Part shown: one piece after another, positions 59,001 through 64,000 of the stretch
Position numbering within the stretch: the stretch's first letter is position 1
How the letters are laid out: the number at the start of each line of letters is the position of its first letter
Source: Thermodesulfobacteriota bacterium
GTDB taxonomy: Bacteria; Desulfobacterota; Binatia; Bin18
NCBI GenBank assembly: GCA_964291405.2
Contig: OZ219926.1
Coordinates: 3,680,001-3,744,000, forward strand
Direction of reading: 5' to 3'
Length of the DNA: 64,000 nt
The notes under the pieces: model-generated
Seen by the model: only the letters and a program-made list of their open reading frames with translations
What the model was told of the DNA's origin: nothing
Databases searched by the model: none
Program-made: the position numbers and the translations under genes

Positions 59001-59706
59001 CCGCGACCTGATCGACGTAACGCCGCAGCAGCGGTGAGAGATAGGCATCAACCACCGTGGTATCGCCGCGTGAGACCAGCTTCATCAACGGGCTGACCGC
59101 ATGGGAGACCGAAACCTGCTGAAAGCCGATCTCGGCGGCAATGGCGGCGACCCGAGCCTCATGCGCCGCGTACCGATAGCCATGGACAAAGGCAATCGCC
59201 ACCGCGCGAATACCCGCATCATAAGCAGCCTGAAGGCTCCGTCGCGCGCCGTCTTCATCCAGGGGCGTGACGAGTGTGCCGTGGGCGTCAATCCGCTCAC
59301 TGACCTCGATCACCCGCTCAAACAGCATTTCCGGCAGGACGATATGTCGGGCAAACAGGTCGGGGCGGTTCTGATAACCGATCCGCAGGGTGTCCCCAAA
59401 CCCTTGAGTAGTCACGAACACGGTCCGGTCGCCCTTGCGTTCCAGCAGGGCATTGGTCGCGACCGTGGTCCCCATCTTCACCAGAGCAATCGTATCGGGT
59501 GGGATGGCCGCGTCGCCATCGATCCTGAGCAGATCGCGAATACCCTGGACGGCCGCGTCCTGATAGCGTTCAGGATTGGCCGACAGCAGTTTATGCGTGA
59601 CCAGGGTGCCGTCAGGACGACGCGCCACCAGATCGGTGAAGGTCCCGCCGCGGTCAATCCAAATCTGCCACCCCCGCTCCTGGTGCGCGGTGCTCTGCGC
59701 ATTCAT
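56053..59706 (-). CDS. 5-oxoprolinase/hydantoinase A-B fusion
   Basis: [53 protein letters not shown]. Confidence 0.93.
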   Translation of the reverse strand: MNAQSTAHQERGWQIWIDRGGTFTDLVARRPDGTLVTHKLLSANPERYQDAAVQGIRDLLRIDGDAAIPPDTIALVKMGTTVATNALLERKGDRTVFVTTQGFGDTLRIGYQNRPDLFARHIVLPEMLFERVIEVSERIDAHGTLVTPLDEDGARRSLQAAYDAGIRAVAIAFVHGYRYAAHEARVAAIAAEIGFQQVSVSHAVSPLMKLVSRGDTTVVDAYLSPLLRRYVDQVAGELEAERQSGPKLMFMQSNGGLTDAHLFQGKDSILSGPAGGVIGMVRTASMAGFRKVIGFDMGGTSTDVSHYDGEYERTLETLVAGVRMRAPMMHIHTVAAGGGSILHFDGARFRVGPDSAGADPGPACYQRGGPLTVTDCNVMLGKLQAAFFPAVFGPNADQALDVQIVREKFGAFAQEITGATGNAVQSPEAVAAGFLRIAVENMANAIKKISVQRGYDVTEYTLNCFGGAAGQHACLVADALGMKTVFLHPFAGVLSAYGMGLADVRALRERQIELLLAASAIPVLETACAELGDEASNEILAQGVSADRLTLHKRVHLRYQGTDTALQVDLSDLDDMRTVFETTHKQRFGFIVEGRQLVAEAVSVEAVGTTEQVDDTELPADKDNTAQPLQQVRAYMDGAWQNTPVFQREHLQPSQRIPGPAIICEPTATTVVEPEWQAELNRYGHLLLTRTKPKSHQAAIGTAADPVMLEVFNNLFMSVAEQMGATLANTAYSVNIKERLDFSCAIFAPDGSLVANAPHVPVHLGSMGESIKTVIKANQGTMRPGDAYVLNAPYNGGTHLPDVTVITPVFDTTRADRILFYVGSRGHHADIGGRTPGSAPPDSTTIHQEGVLIDNFLFVRQGRLREQEMRQLLGSGAYPCRNPDQNMADLRAQLAANETGVQELRKMVEHFGIEVVHAYMQHVQDNAAESVRRVLDVLTDGTFTYPMDNGCQIRVSIRVDKSARRASIDFSGTSSQHSGNYNAPAAVCKAAVLYVFRTLVADAIPLNEGCLKPLDIIIPPHSIISPKYPAAVIAGNTEVSQCVTDALYGALGVLASSQGTVNNFVYGNEQYQNYETICGGTGAGPDHPGCDAVHSHMTNTRMTDPEVLEWRFPVRVESFAIRHGSGGGGQQPGGAGITRRLRFLESMIVTTLCSHRLTEPYGLAGGQAGERGRDTVERVDGSIEELAGSDETLMQPGDVFVMQTPGGGGFGPLDGTG

Positions 59707-59730
59707 GATCCGGTTGCCTCCACGCGTCTG

Positions 59731-60675
59731 CTACCCCTTACGTTTGCGGACGCTATAACCAAAGCGGGGAAAATGTACCGTGACAAGCCCGGCGCGCTCG
59801 TTCCGATGCTGAAGCGCCAGGCGCTGGGCGTCGATGGAAATCAGCCTGCCGACACTGGGGTTGGCCCGACCATAGTCGGTTGGCGTAATGGAGACCGTAT
59901 CGCCGAGGGCAGGGTCTCCGTCCAGCGTCTGAGTCGGCAGGGACGGTAAGGGATCGCTGGAAGCCGCAACGTCGAGCGCCTCGTGCGCAGTCATCGCGCT
60001 TGGGCGACCATGTCCGTGCGCGGCTATGCGCTCCATCCATTGGCGGATAACGTCTGGAATAACAGTCGTGCGCTCGCCGGCGAGCTGGTCCATGACCCAC
60101 AGCGGATGGTAGATCACGCAATCGGCCAGAGATGGTGCTTCGCCATAGATATAGGTCCGTCCGTCGTGCAGGATATCGCTGATCCAATGCAACTGTGGAC
60201 GCAACTGGGCGAGGTTCTTGGCTGCTGCGGCCTTCCGGTGGGCGAGCCCCGGTTCAGGCTTACCGAGTAAGGCAGCACGGTCGGCCAGGAATTCCGGCGT
60301 GAACCGATCGGCGTCGGCATGTTCGCAGGAAATATAATTGATGGTATTGCGCGTCAGAGTCGCGTCCGTCCAGCGCTCCAGGCCGGCAATAAACGCCCGT
60401 TGAGCGACCGAATCCGGTCCCGGATAGAGCGTGGGTTCCGGGAAACGGCGCTCAAGCTCCTCGATAATCCGCGCGGTATCACAAAAAACATCGGCGCCGA
60501 TCTGGAGGGCCGGCGCACGGCGGTAGCCGCCGGTGAGGGGGATATAGTCCGGCTTGGGCAGGGTGGGGGGAATATCGACCGAGCGCCAGGCCAGGCCTTT
60601 GAGACCCAGGACGAGACGGACTTTTTCAGAGTAGTTGGAGAAATCGTAGTGATGCAGAATGAGTTCCGAGGGCAT
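59731..60675 (-). CDS. Glutathione S-transferase family protein
   Basis: LHHY..S.YSEKVR, LTGGYRR.P.LQIGAD, VHFPR.G. Confidence 0.88.
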   Translation of the reverse strand: MPSELILHHYDFSNYSEKVRLVLGLKGLAWRSVDIPPTLPKPDYIPLTGGYRRAPALQIGADVFCDTARIIEELERRFPEPTLYPGPDSVAQRAFIAGLERWTDATLTRNTINYISCEHADADRFTPEFLADRAALLGKPEPGLAHRKAAAAKNLAQLRPQLHWISDILHDGRTYIYGEAPSLADCVIYHPLWVMDQLAGERTTVIPDVIRQWMERIAAHGHGRPSAMTAHEALDVAASSDPLPSLPTQTLDGDPALGDTVSITPTDYGRANPSVGRLISIDAQRLALQHRNERAGLVTVHFPRFGYSVRKRKG

Positions 60676-60777
60676 GGGTTTCCTTATTTGCCTTGATCTG
60701 AAACCCATAAAGTGGCAAGGAGGAGGAGGAAATTCAAGGGAGGAAGCCGGAAATCGAGAATCAGGAGGGGAAGTCAT

Positions 60778-61980
60778 ATGCCAGCCGCACATTTTTTTGC
60801 CCAGAATCTTGAAGAGGTCGGTCTCGACCCGGAAAAAGTCCAGGCTCTGTTTGAACGGGCCGAGCGAGAGGTCAAATCCGGCCTGCTGCCGGCCACCCAG
60901 GTTGCGATTGCACGCAATGGAAAGATCGGTGCCATGCAGACCTTTGGCAAGGCGGTCCAAGGCGGGACGGAAAAACCGGCGACGGATGACACCCGATTTG
61001 TCATTATGTCTTCGACCAAGGCGTTCACCTCAGCCTCGGCCTGGATTCTCATACAAGAGGGTCAACTCCGCCCCGAAGACCGTGTGGTCGAGTATATCCC
61101 CGAGTTTGGGACGAACGGCAAAGACGTGGTGACGGTTGAGCAGTTGCTCATTCACACGTCGGCTATCCCCTATGCTCCGCACTGGCAAAAAGAATGGGCC
61201 GATCACGACAAGCGCTTAAATCGCTTTGCCCAGTGGAAGCTGGATCATACGCCGGGCGAGAAGTTCGTCTATCATGTGTCGGCGAATTTCTGGCCGGTCG
61301 CTGCTATTATCGAACACCTCAGCGGTCAGCGCCTGAGCGAGTTTGTGCGGACGCGGATTACCGAGCCGCTGGGGCTGCCTGATTTGCGCTTCGGGCTGCC
61401 TCCCTCCGGGAACGCCGATGTCGCCGATGTGGAGTGGGTGGGCGCCGCCCCGACCGCCGAAGAGTATGAAAAAATGGGAGTCAAAGGCTTTAACGCCACG
61501 ACCAACGCCATCAATGAAGACGGGGTGTTGGAGTTGAACGAAACGGTCACCCGAGAAGCCGGGTCGCCTTCGGCCGGCTGCATTACCACGGCTGGTGATA
61601 TCGCCTTATTCTATCAGGCATTGCTGAACGACGGCCGCGCCCACGAGGGGACGCCGGTCTGGCAGCCCGACATGCTGAAAGAGGCGCGGCGCGTTCGCAC
61701 CGGAGAGCTACGCGATCCCTTTCTCGGCCACCGGGCCAATCGGGCCTTGGGGATTGCTGTTGCCGGCGGAGATGGGAAGGCCAATATGCGCGGCTTCGGG
61801 CGCACCAATTCCGCAGAGTCGTTCGGGCATCCGGGCTTTGGCGGTCAGAGCGGTTGGGCCGACCCGGCAACGGGTATCTCGTTCGGCTTTCTGACCAACG
61901 GGTTCGACCGGCACGACATTCGTGAAGCTCGCCGCCGGGTGGCCCTGTCGAGTCTGGCCGCCTCGTGTGCGGCCGCGTGA
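60778..61980 (+). CDS. Serine hydrolase (beta-lactamase family)
   Basis: SSTK (SxxK), LLIHTS, FVYH, FGHPG. Confidence 0.88.
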   Translation: MPAAHFFAQNLEEVGLDPEKVQALFERAEREVKSGLLPATQVAIARNGKIGAMQTFGKAVQGGTEKPATDDTRFVIMSSTKAFTSASAWILIQEGQLRPEDRVVEYIPEFGTNGKDVVTVEQLLIHTSAIPYAPHWQKEWADHDKRLNRFAQWKLDHTPGEKFVYHVSANFWPVAAIIEHLSGQRLSEFVRTRITEPLGLPDLRFGLPPSGNADVADVEWVGAAPTAEEYEKMGVKGFNATTNAINEDGVLELNETVTREAGSPSAGCITTAGDIALFYQALLNDGRAHEGTPVWQPDMLKEARRVRTGELRDPFLGHRANRALGIAVAGGDGKANMRGFGRTNSAESFGHPGFGGQSGWADPATGISFGFLTNGFDRHDIREARRRVALSSLAASCAAA

Positions 61981-62015
61981 AGATGCAGACCCGATAACGC
62001 TCCGCTATGCTACTC

Positions 62016-62062
62016 CAGCGTCACAGTGTCTTGATGCCGTGACGCTGTGACGCTACCGTCAC
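62016..62062. promoter_or_regulatory. Operator-like inverted and direct repeats upstream of the RHH antitoxin
   Basis: CAGCGTCAC/GTGACGCTG, tandem GTGACGCT, and GTGACG-ctac-CGTCAC. Confidence 0.55.
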
Positions 62063-62080
62063 ACGAGGAGGATATGTGTC

Positions 62081-62314
62081 ATGGGCGAAGCATCCAAACG
62101 TTCTACGATCTACTTTGATCCTCAGCTTCATGCGGCGTTACGGCTCAAGGCGGCCTACTCGCAACGTTCGGTATCCGCCATTGTCAATGAGGCGGTTCGC
62201 GCAGTACTTGCCGAAGATCAAGAAGATCTGGCCGCATTCCGGCAACGCGCAACCGAGTCCACCCTGAGCTATGAAGAACTCCTGAACGACCTGCGGGCGC
62301 ATGGCAAACTATAG
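62081..62314 (+). CDS. CopG/RHH antitoxin (orphan)
   Basis: KRSTIYFDP.LH.ALRLKAA...RSVS.IVNEAVR..LAED.EDL; GAGGAGG RBS. Confidence 0.85.
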   Translation: MGEASKRSTIYFDPQLHAALRLKAAYSQRSVSAIVNEAVRAVLAEDQEDLAAFRQRATESTLSYEELLNDLRAHGKL

Positions 62315-62337
62315 GCTGATCGGAGAGGGTCTACTAA
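62301..62337 (+). pseudogene. Collapsed RelE/ParE toxin remnant
   Basis: MANYRL N-terminus overlapping the antitoxin end, joined to ATCGGAGAGGGTCTACTAA, resembling a (H)RRxVY* C-terminus. Confidence 0.5.
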
Positions 62338-62345
62338 TGATTCGC

Positions 62346-63482
62346 CTAGCCCTCCGCATCCTGTCGCTGGCTGGCGAAGTATTCGTTTATCGACCGAAGC
62401 AATTCGGGGCGGTCGCTTTGGAAGGGACAGCGGCCTAAACGCTCGGCGACATGGGCCGCTACATAGCTGGCAAAGAGATGGTAGATCAGAGGCGAAAACT
62501 CCTCGCGGACCTCGCCCTGGACAGGCAACACCATGTGAGCATGGCGGGTGACCTGGGTATCGTCTCTGTGCGCCGCGACAATGACCCGTCGGCCTAAGCC
62601 GCGCGCCGTTGCTGCCACGCTCTGCGCCCGCCAATGTGAGCGACCTGGCGGGGCGATGACAAAAACCGGCATGTCCACCGGATAGGCAAAGCGTTCAACA
62701 TGCCACCACTCTTCCAAGTCCTGCCCCATGGAAAAAACACCCGCGGCTTCGATCAGCTTTGCCGCGCCGTAGAGGGCCGTACCATAACTCGGCCCACTGC
62801 CCAGCATGAGCACAACGGGGCTTGCGGCAATCATATCCGCTACCTCCCGACAGCCCGCCTGAATCGCGTTCGTGGTGGCGTCCACAGCATCGGCGAGATC
62901 GACCAATTCCCGGCGCAGACGCTCCGCTTCTTCTTGGGCATACCTGCCTTGCAACTCACCTAACTGAATCGCCGCCAACAGCATTCCCACTAGGCTGGCC
63001 TGGTAGGTTCGAATTCCTGGGGAGCGTTCCTTGTGGGGCAGTTCAACCACGACGCTCCGATCCGTCGCCTGCGTAACCGGGCTGTTGGGCGTGCCGGTGA
63101 GGGCCACGGTGAGCGCGCCGTTCTCTTTGGCGCGTTCAATCGCCTGCACGACGCGCTCGGTACCGCCTGAGGCCGAGGTTGCAATCACGAGGGTCTGCGG
63201 CGGCGCAGCGGGGCGCATCCAGGCTGCCCCATAATCCAGAAAACGTTGGGCACTCAGCGGTTCGCAGGCTACGTCGGCAATGACCTGAAAGGCCATCTCA
63301 GAGGCACATGAGGCATGGTAGGAATCTCCGTCTCCGGTGAGATAGACTTTTTTCACCGCCTTCCATTCCGATGGCGTGAGGACCGCCCGCACCTGCTGCT
63401 CAAACGGGCGGGTCAACTGTCGTAAATCCTCTGCTAAGCCTGTGACCTGCCCGAACATCACCTCCGGTTTGAGTGGCTCCAT
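62346..63482 (-). CDS. Double SIS-domain sugar isomerase/deaminase
   Basis: TGDGDSYHA, SASGGT, LGSGP.YG.A..GA.K..E, EEWWH. Confidence 0.85.
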   Translation of the reverse strand: MEPLKPEVMFGQVTGLAEDLRQLTRPFEQQVRAVLTPSEWKAVKKVYLTGDGDSYHASCASEMAFQVIADVACEPLSAQRFLDYGAAWMRPAAPPQTLVIATSASGGTERVVQAIERAKENGALTVALTGTPNSPVTQATDRSVVVELPHKERSPGIRTYQASLVGMLLAAIQLGELQGRYAQEEAERLRRELVDLADAVDATTNAIQAGCREVADMIAASPVVLMLGSGPSYGTALYGAAKLIEAAGVFSMGQDLEEWWHVERFAYPVDMPVFVIAPPGRSHWRAQSVAATARGLGRRVIVAAHRDDTQVTRHAHMVLPVQGEVREEFSPLIYHLFASYVAAHVAERLGRCPFQSDRPELLRSINEYFASQRQDAEG

Positions 63483-63486
63483 CGTT

Positions 63487-64000
63487 CTATCTCTCTCCTT
63501 CCAGTCCTCGCACGATGTCTACATAGGTCCTCACTCGCTCGATATCAATCTGCCCACCCCAGCCGCCGCGTTCAAGACAGGTGCCAACAAACGCTCCGTC
63601 CGCCGCAGCCAGCAACCGTGCCGCGTTATCGTGGTTGGTGTAGCCCGCTAAAATGATGGGCAGGCCCGGCACGGCTTTTCGCACCGAGGCGATCATCTCC
63701 AGCGTTCTGTTTTCGTCGGGAGCGCCCAACGACACCGCGTCCGCCCCCACATATTTCGCGCTTCGGGCGATCTCCGCGGTCGGCTTTGGCTCGCCAAACC
63801 ATTTGAATTGCATGGAGTCGACTTCGGCAATGACCTTGACATCCCAGGCGTTGATCTTTTTGCGATACTCCATTACGTCGAGCGGATTCGCTTCGACTAT
63901 ACCGTGCGCGGTCAGCGTCGTGCCTACCAGCGCACCGGCCCGAATAAAACTGCCCCCCGCCACCTTTGCCACTGCCACCGACGCTTTGAGCGCATTCCGC
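63487..64000 (-). CDS. BtpA/SgcQ family protein (partial, runs off the window end)
   Basis: Continues upstream as ...RNALKASVAVAKVAGGSFIR; ADGAFVGT TIM-barrel C-terminus. Confidence 0.75.
   Translation of the reverse strand, partial: RNALKASVAVAKVAGGSFIRAGALVGTTLTAHGIVEANPLDVMEYRKKINAWDVKVIAEVDSMQFKWFGEPKPTAEIARSAKYVGADAVSLGAPDENRTLEMIASVRKAVPGLPIILAGYTNHDNAARLLAAADGAFVGTCLERGGWGGQIDIERVRTYVDIVRGLEGER

Noticed and set aside
1-64000. tRNA, rRNA, CRISPR arrays, prophage or integrase genes
   Set aside because: None recognised by eye in this window.

Overview
GC-rich bacterial chromosomal window. The gene content resembles Deltaproteobacteria/Binatia-type genomes, but the taxon is an inference only. 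Housekeeping blocks include the tetrapyrrole operon (sirC-ccsA-hemA-hemC-cobA/hemD-hemB), mutS-mutL, an MltD-like transglycosylase, phaC/phaE, a thiolase and a 5-oxoprolinase. These are mixed with many catabolic enzymes, a luxC/luxE-like pair and an ergothioneine-type cluster (egtC-egtB-egtD) flanked by an ATP-grasp ligase and an asparaginase instead of egtA/egtE. The standout element is a complete 3.66 kb group IIB intron (21130-24788, RT-maturase-HNH). Its domain III appears expanded to about 980 nt, and it carries three small antisense, RBS-equipped ORFs encoding hydrophobic peptides. Its EBS1 (AGAGGA) resembles a Shine-Dalgarno sequence, and it has inserted antisense into a host 5' UTR. 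The second notable signal is two unlinked NYN/LabA nuclease genes, each preceded by a structured leader that starts with AATACCCC and ends in a terminator-like hairpin, a layout resembling RNA-antitoxin systems. Several type II TA loci keep the antitoxin but have a deleted or truncated toxin. All RNA structures were paired by eye and none were computed.
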